From contig JAGBFY010000305.1 of the NCBI GenBank assembly GCA_017936245.1, forward strand, positions 1 through 31,471: DNA of 31,471 nucleotides. The letters are read 5' to 3'. Shown one piece after another: positions 23,080 through 31,471 of the stretch (the stretch's first letter is position 1; each line of letters begins with the position of its first letter). The stretch is from Kiritimatiellia bacterium (GTDB lineage Bacteria; Verrucomicrobiota; Kiritimatiellia; RFP12; UBA1067). Under the pieces are notes generated by a model that saw only the letters and a list, made by a program, of their open reading frames with translations, was not told the origin of the DNA and made no database searches. The position numbers were made by a program, and so were the translations under genes.

Positions 23080-23804
23080 CAGGCAGGATACATTCGTTCG
23101 AATCGTTCGGTGCGGCGGATGGCCCCGGCGTGAGGTTCATTGTGTTCCTTCACGGCTGCGGTTTCCGCTGCGTCTACTGTCACAACCCTGATACGTGGGC
23201 GCGTCCTGCGGCGATGGAGATGCCCGTCGAGGATGTGCTGGCAAAGGCTCTGCGCTATCGCGACTACTGGGGTGAGGAGGGCGGCATTACCCTCTCCGGC
23301 GGTGAACCTATGCTGCAGGCGCATTTTGCCGCCGAGCTCTTCGAGCGAGCTCACGATGCTGGAGTCAATACCTGCCTTGATACGGCGGCGGGGCCGTTCC
23401 GGCGCGATGATGCGCATATTGTCCGTCTGCTTGATGCGGCTGATACTGTCCTTCTTGACATCAAGGCGTTCGATCCTGCTCTTCACCGGAAGGTGACAGG
23501 TTCGGATAATTCAAATGTCCTTGATTGCGCAAGGTACCTTTCTGAAATCGGCAAGCAGGTCTGGATACGTCGGGTGATAGTGCCAGGCCTGACCGATGGC
23601 GAAGACGATCTGCGCAGGACGGGTGAATTTATCAGCACTCTCGGCAATGTAAAAAAGATCGAAGTGCTGCCGTATCACGACATGGGGGCCGACAAATGGA
23701 GGTCGCTCGGTCTTGACTACAGCCTTGAAGGAACGCCAATACCTGATGACCCTATTCTTGAACGTTGCTCGAACTTGTTGAAATCGGCTTCGTGCGGGAT
23801 GTAG
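23076..23804 (+). CDS. pflA: Pyruvate formate-lyase activating enzyme (radical SAM)
   Basis: [47 protein letters not shown] overlap start at 23076; alternative ATG at 23061. Confidence 0.97.
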   Translation: MTGRIHSFESFGAADGPGVRFIVFLHGCGFRCVYCHNPDTWARPAAMEMPVEDVLAKALRYRDYWGEEGGITLSGGEPMLQAHFAAELFERAHDAGVNTCLDTAAGPFRRDDAHIVRLLDAADTVLLDIKAFDPALHRKVTGSDNSNVLDCARYLSEIGKQVWIRRVIVPGLTDGEDDLRRTGEFISTLGNVKKIEVLPYHDMGADKWRSLGLDYSLEGTPIPDDPILERCSNLLKSASCGM

Positions 23805-23827
23805 CGGTGTTCGGTTGTGCAGACCGG

Positions 23828-24514
23828 TCAGAAGCTGTATCGCATCTCCACGCCGATGAATGAGGTTGGATCCCATTCGCTCGCATGGTTGTCCACCCCG
23901 TGCTGCACCATATAGAAAAGCAGACACTGCAAGTCGTCAACAGAAGGAATCGGCTTGAATGACACACCAATGGCTGAACGGAGCCGGTCGAAGCAGTTTC
24001 GCGTTTCGTCGTTCTGTTTGAAGGAGAAGAACGCCTCTTCAAACGCGAACGGAGATATCTTGAAATCCGTTACACTCCAGGATGTCCGCAAACGCAATCG
24101 GGAGCGCTGCCTGAGATACGGACTCGTGCGTTCTTTCTTGCGCATTTCAAAGCGTGTGCGAAGGTCAAGCTTCATCGTCCAGAATTCAGGAGAGGAGAAT
24201 ATTGCGTCGAATGTGGGGCGGAACTCGTGGTCAAATCGTCCAATGTCGTTTCTTTCAAATACAAGTCTGCATCCGGCGGCAAGCTTAAGCCATGAAGATG
24301 TTTTCCATGTGAGAAGGAAGAGGGATTCCTCGTTATAGAGCTGACGCTCGTCAATTTTCACCTCCTGTTCGAAAGTGAATCCTAAATCATTCCAGATGTC
24401 ACCTTCGGCAACCCCCTTGAGCCATACGTTAGCAGATGCGGTTGAAGATAAAAAGACGGCCATAGCCATCATGGCGACGCGGTTTATCAGCAAAGGAACG
24501 CTCTTGGTTGTCAT
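23828..24514 (-). CDS. DUF2490-like outer-membrane beta-barrel protein
   Basis: Signal-like N-terminus, E.RP, R.RFE.R, R.RSRLRLR, PFAFEEAFF, FDRLR..IG, C-terminal YSF. Confidence 0.75.
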   Translation of the reverse strand: MTTKSVPLLINRVAMMAMAVFLSSTASANVWLKGVAEGDIWNDLGFTFEQEVKIDERQLYNEESLFLLTWKTSSWLKLAAGCRLVFERNDIGRFDHEFRPTFDAIFSSPEFWTMKLDLRTRFEMRKKERTSPYLRQRSRLRLRTSWSVTDFKISPFAFEEAFFSFKQNDETRNCFDRLRSAIGVSFKPIPSVDDLQCLLFYMVQHGVDNHASEWDPTSFIGVEMRYSF

Positions 24515-24632
24515 GTTGCGTATTGTATCAAAAATTGTAACCGATTGCGGCGACAGCCGTTGAAAATGTAGATTGAAACTGTTGATTGTGATATAATCCG
24601 CAAGTGTCATAAATGATTGAGGAGGATATGAA

Positions 24633-25634
24633 ATGATGAAACGAAATGAATTTATTGCGTCTCTCTGTCTTGCGACCGGTTTTTTGCTTCTGCAGGGCGC
24701 GACAGCAGAAACCTCGTGTGCGTCAAAGGACTGCAGGATGCGTGACGGTAGACCGCTCAAGGTGCTGATGATTGGAAATTCTTTTACCGGAAGCGTTATG
24801 CGCGAGACTCCAACTTTGGCCAGGAAATCCGGCCTCAAGCTGGATATCGTGCAGTGCGGAATCGGCGGATGCCCATTTGACAGGCATTGGTCCAACGTGG
24901 AGAAATCCGATGACAAGAGTTTCAAACCATACGGAGTGCAGGCAAGCCTCTCTTCAGGCGATGCGAAAAAGTTTCCTAGGCGTGTGAACTTCACGGATAT
25001 GCTCACGGCCGACAAGTGGGATATTGTCACCATCCAGCAGGCAAGCGGCAAGAGCGCGTTCTACGACACCTATCAGCCGTATGCCGATAATCTGATTGCA
25101 AAGATCCGGGAACTTGCTCCGCAGGCGGAGATCGTCATTCAGCAGACTTGGAGCTACACGCCTTACGATACACGCCTTGCAAAATGGAAAATGACTCCGA
25201 AGGACATGTATGAGGCTCTCAAGAAAGCGTACGCGCAGCTAGCAGCCAAGCATAAACTCAGGATCATTCCGACGGCGGATGCGGTTCAGCTGTTCCGTGA
25301 TCGTCTGCCGGTCGATTACGGCAAACCGCTGACACGCGAGGAGATCAATAAGATCGCGAAACCGGGAACGGTGGACTTCCACGGCGATGTCGTAGGAGAC
25401 TCCGCATGGAAGCAGGGGCGCAAGGGAAAGCAGAAGGATTGGGAAGAGATAAAGCTCCGCTGCGACTTTTCGCACTTCAATGCCAGGGGACACTATCTCC
25501 AGGCATGCGTCTGGCTCGGATTCCTGTTCAATGTCGATCCCGCAACCTTCACATATCGCCCCAAAGGGTTGCCGGAGGCTGATGCCAAGTTGATGCGCGA
25601 GTGTGCCCGTGACGCGCTCAAGGCATCAAGGTAA
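24633..25634 (+). CDS. DUF4886 / SGNH-like secreted hydrolase
   Basis: Signal peptide, VLMIGNSFT, WDIVTIQQAS, QQTWSY, D.SH.N..G.YL.ACVW; SD GAGGAGG. Confidence 0.82.
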   Translation: MMKRNEFIASLCLATGFLLLQGATAETSCASKDCRMRDGRPLKVLMIGNSFTGSVMRETPTLARKSGLKLDIVQCGIGGCPFDRHWSNVEKSDDKSFKPYGVQASLSSGDAKKFPRRVNFTDMLTADKWDIVTIQQASGKSAFYDTYQPYADNLIAKIRELAPQAEIVIQQTWSYTPYDTRLAKWKMTPKDMYEALKKAYAQLAAKHKLRIIPTADAVQLFRDRLPVDYGKPLTREEINKIAKPGTVDFHGDVVGDSAWKQGRKGKQKDWEEIKLRCDFSHFNARGHYLQACVWLGFLFNVDPATFTYRPKGLPEADAKLMRECARDALKASR

Positions 25635-25656
25635 TATGTAATGTGAATGTTTTTGA

Positions 25657-25694
25657 GGCAACTGGTCGGACGCATGCAATGCGTCCGTCAGGAC
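25657..25694. repeat. REP-like element family B, copy 2
   Basis: GGCAAC-T-GGTC-GGACGCAT-GCA-ATGCGTCC-GTCAGGAC, 23 nt after the DUF4886 stop. Confidence 0.85.
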
Positions 25695-25892
25695 GATCGT
25701 TTGGCGTAGTGGGGATTTAGAAGGGTTGGATGGATGTGGGGTGGTGCGGACGCAAGAAAGTTATCTGGGCGAACATTCATACGCTCTTGTGGGTGGAGCG
25801 CTGCCCGATTACCTTTTGGTTTGTAAATATGTTATACTGTCACACTGTTGATGTTGCACTGACTGCAAAAACATAAGATAATTTACTGCGTT

Positions 25893-28088
25893 ATGAGGAT
25901 GCTAGAAATGAGGAAAGTCATAAGTATGGCGGTGTTGTCCGGCGTTTTCACCGCCACGGCGGTTGAATTTGCGGTAGGCGGCATGTCGCTTTGCCTCTCG
26001 GATACGTGCGGTGCGTTGGAGTCGTTGGTTGCGGCTGACGGTACGGAGCGCATTGTTCCGGTGTCGGAGGCGTTTACGTTGCAGCTTCTCGATTGCAAGG
26101 GTGAACCTGCACGCCTTAAATCATCAGACTTCCTGTTTGAGGGATTTATCTCTGCAGGACAGGCTGAACGAGTAGAAAAATCTTTACAGGGATTGCGTGT
26201 CCTGCGCGGCACAACACTCACATGGAGGCATCAAAACGGACTGACAGTCCGCATGGAAGTTACGGCAGCGGACAACGAGTTCCGTTTTAGGCCGTCCATC
26301 GAGAACATTCCCGACGGAATGCTGCTCGAATGGTTCGACGGTCCGCAGGTCAATGTCACCGCCGACAGTACGCTCTTCTGGCCATATATTGATGGAATTG
26401 AAGTGACGGATGTCAGCCGTCGCGGCAGCCCCTATCGTCCTATCGCCTTCCGTGACCGCAACTGGCGCGGCATATACTCTCTTTATCCCAGCTACTGCCA
26501 GATGCAGTTCCTAGCCTCTTACAAGGGAGGCAAGGGCATCTACTTTTCTGCAGTTGACGATCGGCACACCATGAAACAGGTGGATTGGGAATACATTGGC
26601 GATAAAACCGTACGCCTTTCTTTGCTGACATTCTGCGGTGATTTGACGAACGGTGCGTGGCGCCCATCATTCCATTACTCACTTCGTCCATACGATGGCG
26701 GCTGGATGGATGCCTGCGAAATCTACCGTGACTGGGTGCGCACGCTGCCCGCTTTCGCCAATCCTCCCAAACGTCCAAAGTGGATGTATGACTCGCCCGT
26801 AAATCTCATCTATCCCGTGCGCGGAGAAGGATTGGACAACAAGCCGAGGAATATGTCCCCCAACTGCTACTTCCCGTATGTAAACGCGATGTCGGCGGTG
26901 GAGAAGTATTCAAAGCTGCTCAATTCGCGCATTATGGCGCTTCTTATGCATTGGGAAGGCACTGCTCCTTGGGCTCCGCCCTATGTCTGGCCACCCTACG
27001 GCGGTGAGGCGGAACTTGCCAAGTTCCGGGATGCGCTTCATGCACGTGGAGATCTGCTCGGAGTATATTGTTCCGGAACGGCCTGGACGCAGATAAGCAG
27101 TATTGTGCCCTCGTATTCGTTGGAACAGCGTTTTGAGGATGAACACCTTGGCCGCCACATGGTGCGCGGGCCGAAAGGCGAGATTACCGCCGGCTGCTGC
27201 AACGGTCCAGACTCACAGCGTTTCGGCTACGAGATGTGTCTTGCGGACGAGTGGTCAGTGCGCACAGTTGCCGATGAAATATCCAAGATGTCCAGCTTCG
27301 GGATCGACTACTGCCAATTTTTCGATCAGAACAACGGTGGCGGATGGCATCTCTGCTACGCGAAACACCACGGACATCCGCCGATTCCAGGTGCATGGGC
27401 GGTGGATAGGATGGTTTCGCTTCAGAAGAAGGTTGCAGAATCTGCCGCACGTGACGGAATGCTGCTCGGATGCGAGTCGTCCGCCGCAACGCCCTATGTG
27501 CCGCAGCTTTTCTACAACGATGCACGGTTCGTCTGGACGTTTACAAGATGCGGCGTAGGCGGGGCGCGTCCGGTCCATGGTTCGGCGTTTGTGTTTCACG
27601 AATGGTCCTGCAACTTCTCCGGCAACCAATGCGCCTGCAAAGACATCGATCCGTTCTATCGTTGGACCTACGCCTTCCATAACGGTGATATGTTGTCGCT
27701 GATTCTCGGGAAGGACGATGGGCTGGTCGTTGGATGGGGGCATATGTGGGACGAAGAATTTGCGGAGCAGGGGGAACTCGTTTCGCTTGTCGGACGCCTC
27801 AATGCCTTGCGCAGGAAATATCCATCCTTCCTTCTCGAAGGACGGATGGTCAAACCGTTTGCGAGGTGTGAATCCCGTTCGGCCAAACTGCTTGTGTACA
27901 AGAATACGTGCAAATATTCGCCTGACGTGCCGGAGGTGTTTGTTTCGTTCTGGGAGAATGCGAAGGGAGAACGGATCGGATTTGCTTCAAACTGGCGGCG
28001 AGAACCTTCGGACCTCAAGATCATCTGCGATGATGGCAGAACTGAAATTCGTCGCCTCGCTCCGCTTGAAACGATAGAACTTCATTAG
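25893..28088 (+). CDS. DUF6259 / putative glycoside hydrolase (TIM-barrel), secreted
   Basis: Signal-like N-terminus; QMQF...Y....G.Y....D, W.DAC.IYRDW, LLMHWEGTAPWAPPYVWPPYGG, DY.QFFDQN.GG. Start may be 25893, 25899 or 25908. Confidence 0.75.
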   Translation: MRMLEMRKVISMAVLSGVFTATAVEFAVGGMSLCLSDTCGALESLVAADGTERIVPVSEAFTLQLLDCKGEPARLKSSDFLFEGFISAGQAERVEKSLQGLRVLRGTTLTWRHQNGLTVRMEVTAADNEFRFRPSIENIPDGMLLEWFDGPQVNVTADSTLFWPYIDGIEVTDVSRRGSPYRPIAFRDRNWRGIYSLYPSYCQMQFLASYKGGKGIYFSAVDDRHTMKQVDWEYIGDKTVRLSLLTFCGDLTNGAWRPSFHYSLRPYDGGWMDACEIYRDWVRTLPAFANPPKRPKWMYDSPVNLIYPVRGEGLDNKPRNMSPNCYFPYVNAMSAVEKYSKLLNSRIMALLMHWEGTAPWAPPYVWPPYGGEAELAKFRDALHARGDLLGVYCSGTAWTQISSIVPSYSLEQRFEDEHLGRHMVRGPKGEITAGCCNGPDSQRFGYEMCLADEWSVRTVADEISKMSSFGIDYCQFFDQNNGGGWHLCYAKHHGHPPIPGAWAVDRMVSLQKKVAESAARDGMLLGCESSAATPYVPQLFYNDARFVWTFTRCGVGGARPVHGSAFVFHEWSCNFSGNQCACKDIDPFYRWTYAFHNGDMLSLILGKDDGLVVGWGHMWDEEFAEQGELVSLVGRLNALRRKYPSFLLEGRMVKPFARCESRSAKLLVYKNTCKYSPDVPEVFVSFWENAKGERIGFASNWRREPSDLKIICDDGRTEIRRLAPLETIELH

Positions 28089-28243
28089 AATGCCTCAGAA
28101 AGAAAAACGGCCGTGAAAATGAAGAATATAGCACCAACCGCAACGACGGTCAGCTTTCAGCTTTTGTTGGTGTGATGTGATATAATCCGCCGTAAGAGTA
28201 TGAAGTTTTTTCGGGAAATAAACAGTGGCGGAGTTTCTGCGGC

Positions 28244-31159
28244 ATGAACAGTCTGCCGAGACTTACGGTAATAGAGGCGTCGGCCGGAACGGGCAAGACG
28301 TTCTCGCTTGTGACACGTCTGCTTAAGCTCATCTTCGGCGGGACTGAGCCTGAGCGGATCGTCGCCCTCACATTTTCGCGCGCGGCGGCGGGCGAGATAT
28401 TCAACAGCTTCATCGAACGCCTTTCCTATGCCGCCGAGAGCGACAAGATTGCTGCCGAAGAAAGCGAGCGGCTTGGTGTTCCTCTGACGAAAGGGGATTT
28501 CGCTTCCATGCTTCGGAAGGTGATCTCGCGTCAGCACCTTTCCCTGATAGGGACGCTCGACAGCTTCCTGATGAAGATTGTACGGATGCTTCCGCTCGAG
28601 CTTGGGCTTGAGGGCGAAATCGCGGTGTTGAGCGATTTCCGCGCGCCGGTGGAGCAGGGGCGTCTGCTAGACGAGATGATGGCGCTCGAAAGCGATGATG
28701 CGAAGATGTTCTACCGCGATTCGTTCCGTCTTGCGCTTGACGGCGACGGCTCGAAGAGTTTTCTCGAGGAGTTCTCTGGTTTCATCTCCTGCTGGCATCA
28801 GATGTACCGCGATATTCCGGAACGCGAGGCGTGGGGCGTGGCGGAGCGGATATGGGGCGATGAGGTGCCGACAGGACTTGACGTGTCGATAGCGGACATC
28901 CGAGCCCTTGCGGACGGACTCATGCCGTTCGCGTCAAAGCGTGGAGTTGAGACGTTCATAAGGGCTGTTCGTGAATTCAGCGGGACGGTGAAGGATTCGC
29001 CGAAGGTCCTGAAGGATGAACCTTCTGCGGCAGAGGCCGTTTCGAAGATGCATCTCTGGAGGATCGGGCGCGCGCTTCGCCGCACTGCCGGCATATACCG
29101 GCTTGTGCACACCTACGAGGCCGCGTACAAGGCGAAGGTCCGGCAGCGCGGACTCATCACGTTCGACGATGTCCCGAGACTGATCGGCAACCTTGGGGAT
29201 GATGTCAAGGCACCGCTCGAATATCGCATGGACGCCAAGTTCGACCACTGGGCGCTTGATGAGTTCCAGGATACGAGCCGCGGACAGTGGGCGGCCTTGC
29301 GGAACCTCATTGAAGAGAGCAGACAGTCGGACGGCGGACGCAGCGTGTTTATCGTCGGCGACCGCAAGCAGGCGATCTATGAATGGCGCGGCGGCGATGT
29401 GCGGATCCTTGGCGAACAGGTCGAGGCGGCGGATGACAATGGCGAACTTTCGGTGTCGCGCAGATATCTTGGGCGGATATCGTCTGCCGTGAACCGCATA
29501 TTCGATGAAACGACGATCCGCGGCGTGTTCAACATGGACGATGCCGTCTTAGAGGCCAGGTGGACGTGTCCGGAGCATGTAAGCTTCAACAAGGACAATG
29601 AAGGGTTTGTAAAGGTCATCCAGGCGGAGAAGTCCGGGAAGCAGGCTTCACAGAGCGACTTTTTCGAGCATATCGAGGAAGAGCTCAGAACGATCAAGCC
29701 ATGGGAACGCGGGATAACGAGCGCGATCCTTGTCCGCAACAACACGTTCGGAGAGGCTATCCTCGCGCATCTTAAGTCCAACGGTATCGATAAAGTCGTG
29801 TTCGAAGGCGACAGCGGCATCATGGATTCTCCGGTGCTTTCCGCGTTCACGATGCTGATGAAGCTTGCCGAACATCCCTCTGATGAGTATGCATATGCCT
29901 GTGTAAGACATTCACCTCTTGCGGAGGTGATGTATCCCAACGGCATGCCGCCGCCGGCAGAGGCATCCGCCAGACTTCTTGCCGACTTCACGCGTCTCGG
30001 CATGGTGCGCAAGTTCCGCGAGGTCCGTGAGGCGTTGAAGAAGGTGTCGGATTCGTGGAACGATTTCACAGAGGCGCGTTTCGCCGATCTCATAAAGTGC
30101 GCGGCGGAGTTCGAGGATGTCCGGGACGAGACCGTGCGGCTCTCCGATTTCATCGAATACCTTTCGGAACACAAACGCAGGGATTTTGCGGAGGAGGGCA
30201 TGGTGCGCATCATGACGATGCACCAGTCCAAGGGGTTGGGCTTCGACCATGTGATAGTGCCGTTCTATGAGTTCGACGATCTTTACGGTTCGCGCCATTC
30301 CGGTCCGTTGAAGAACGCCGGTCCCCGATGGATACTCGACAACCCGTCAGCCGATACCGATGCGACGGATCCGGTGCTCGGCGCGGCGGAACGCAGAAGG
30401 CGGCAGTCGCAGCTGTATGCGTCGCTGTGTCTCGACTATGTGGCGCTGACGCGTGCCAAGAAGGCGCTCACGATAATCCTCCATCCGCAGAACGCCAAAC
30501 CGCCGCCGGAGCCGACGCGCTTCAGCGATCTGGTGCGGCTTGTCGGACTTGAATCCGGTGGCGATTGGACCTGGTACGAAAAGTGCTGTAAGGAACAGCC
30601 TAAAGCTGCTGCATCCGCATCCATCCCTGAAGTGCCGCCTGTTTCCAGAAAGAAAAGGATGTGCATCTCCAAGGCGCGGCCGAGCGAATCGTTCATGACC
30701 GGTCTCGCCGCCGACCGGCTTTTCGCCGACGATTATGGGGCGGGTGCGGAGTACGGCAAGGAGATGCATGCAAAGTATGAAAAGATCGAATGGATCCCAG
30801 AAGACGAAGCTAAAGATCCGTTTGACCGCGCCTTTGTGAAACCGGACGGTTTTTCGGAGCTTTGGCGTGAACGATCATATGAGATATTTGCGGATGGCTC
30901 GTGGGAATCCGGACAGTTCGACCGCGTGGTGTTCACGGGTGAAGGCGCAGACCGTAAGGCTGTGATATTGGATTTCAAGACGAACGCGATGCGTCAGGGC
31001 GAAGACGTCTCCGCTTACGAAGATCGTCTGCGCGAGACGTATGCTCCGCAGATGGCGGCATATCGCAGGTCGGTGCACATGCTTACGGGGCTCCCGCTTG
31101 CCGATGTGTCGGCAAAGCTGCTCCTGACCCGAACCCGCAGCATCGTGGATGTATATTGA
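28244..31159 (+). CDS. addA: UvrD/RecB-like SF1 helicase with C-terminal PD-(D/E)xK nuclease (AddA-type)
   Basis: IEASAGTGKT, ALTFSRAAAGEI, LDEFQDTS, VGDRKQAIY.WRGG, IMTMHQSKGLGF, YVALTRAK, GQFDRVV...LDFKT. Confidence 0.88.
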   Translation: MNSLPRLTVIEASAGTGKTFSLVTRLLKLIFGGTEPERIVALTFSRAAAGEIFNSFIERLSYAAESDKIAAEESERLGVPLTKGDFASMLRKVISRQHLSLIGTLDSFLMKIVRMLPLELGLEGEIAVLSDFRAPVEQGRLLDEMMALESDDAKMFYRDSFRLALDGDGSKSFLEEFSGFISCWHQMYRDIPEREAWGVAERIWGDEVPTGLDVSIADIRALADGLMPFASKRGVETFIRAVREFSGTVKDSPKVLKDEPSAAEAVSKMHLWRIGRALRRTAGIYRLVHTYEAAYKAKVRQRGLITFDDVPRLIGNLGDDVKAPLEYRMDAKFDHWALDEFQDTSRGQWAALRNLIEESRQSDGGRSVFIVGDRKQAIYEWRGGDVRILGEQVEAADDNGELSVSRRYLGRISSAVNRIFDETTIRGVFNMDDAVLEARWTCPEHVSFNKDNEGFVKVIQAEKSGKQASQSDFFEHIEEELRTIKPWERGITSAILVRNNTFGEAILAHLKSNGIDKVVFEGDSGIMDSPVLSAFTMLMKLAEHPSDEYAYACVRHSPLAEVMYPNGMPPPAEASARLLADFTRLGMVRKFREVREALKKVSDSWNDFTEARFADLIKCAAEFEDVRDETVRLSDFIEYLSEHKRRDFAEEGMVRIMTMHQSKGLGFDHVIVPFYEFDDLYGSRHSGPLKNAGPRWILDNPSADTDATDPVLGAAERRRRQSQLYASLCLDYVALTRAKKALTIILHPQNAKPPPEPTRFSDLVRLVGLESGGDWTWYEKCCKEQPKAAASASIPEVPPVSRKKRMCISKARPSESFMTGLAADRLFADDYGAGAEYGKEMHAKYEKIEWIPEDEAKDPFDRAFVKPDGFSELWRERSYEIFADGSWESGQFDRVVFTGEGADRKAVILDFKTNAMRQGEDVSAYEDRLRETYAPQMAAYRRSVHMLTGLPLADVSAKLLLTRTRSIVDVY

Positions 31160-31189
31160 TTTGTGTGACAATAAGTTTATGGTACTCAT

Positions 31190-31471
31190 ATGAAGATAGC
31201 GATAGCGATAGATTCCTTCAAGGGAAGCCTTGGGTCGATGGAGGCGGGGAACGCCGCCGCCGAAGGGATAAGACGCGTTCTCCCGGATGCCGAATGCGTG
31301 GTGCGTCCACTTGCCGATGGCGGAGAGGGAACGGTCGAAGCTCTCGTTGCAGGATTGGGCGGCAGGCTGCGCAATGTCGAAGTTACGGGACCTGCGGGGA
31401 AGCCAGTCGTCGCAACGTACGGACTTGTGGGTAGCACGGCAGTAATGGAGATGGCGCAGGCCGCAGGCATA
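31190..31471 (+). CDS. glxK: Glycerate kinase (GlxK/GarK family), 5' part; runs off the window end
   Basis: ATG at 31190: MKIAIAIDSFKGSLGS.EAG.A...PLADGGEGTVEAL...VMEMAQAAGI; absent from the ORF track because there is no stop. Confidence 0.93.
   Translation, partial: MKIAIAIDSFKGSLGSMEAGNAAAEGIRRVLPDAECVVRPLADGGEGTVEALVAGLGGRLRNVEVTGPAGKPVVATYGLVGSTAVMEMAQAAGI

Overview
This is a GC-rich bacterial window. The gene style suggests a PVC-group anaerobe such as Kiritimatiellae, but that is only an inference. It has two parts. (1) About 668-19800 is a decayed mobile/defence island. Its left arm holds a truncated GH2 gene, a DUF4160/DUF2442 toxin-antitoxin-like pair, a tyrosine integrase, and fused fragments of DUF2924, umuC and umuD. 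A ~15 kb co-oriented operon follows: a divergent N6-MTase+TRD fusion, an unknown 179-aa partner, hsdM, an AlbA/Schlafen-HATPase regulator, hsdS, DUF2806, a membrane protein, a GNAT, a REP-associated Y1 transposase (RAYT) fused to a DprA/SLOG-like domain, hsdR (with one in-frame TAG), an M48/YgjP peptidase and a truncated nucleotidyltransferase. (2) About 19800-31471 begins with a ~1 kb repeat-rich spacer, followed by host genes: ZTP riboswitch-pflB-pflA, DUF2490, DUF4886, DUF6259, addA-like helicase/nuclease and glycerate kinase. The strongest signals outside the ORF track are three. First, a 28-nt covarying REP-like hairpin family sits in frame inside the RAYT gene itself and inside hsdM. Second, a promoter/leader module is duplicated, and one copy carries a stem-loop whose loop is complementary to the ribosome-binding site of both genes. 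Third, a cluster of GNA-triloop ssDNA mini-hairpins lies within the umuD remnant. All domain calls come from motif recognition by eye; no searches were run.
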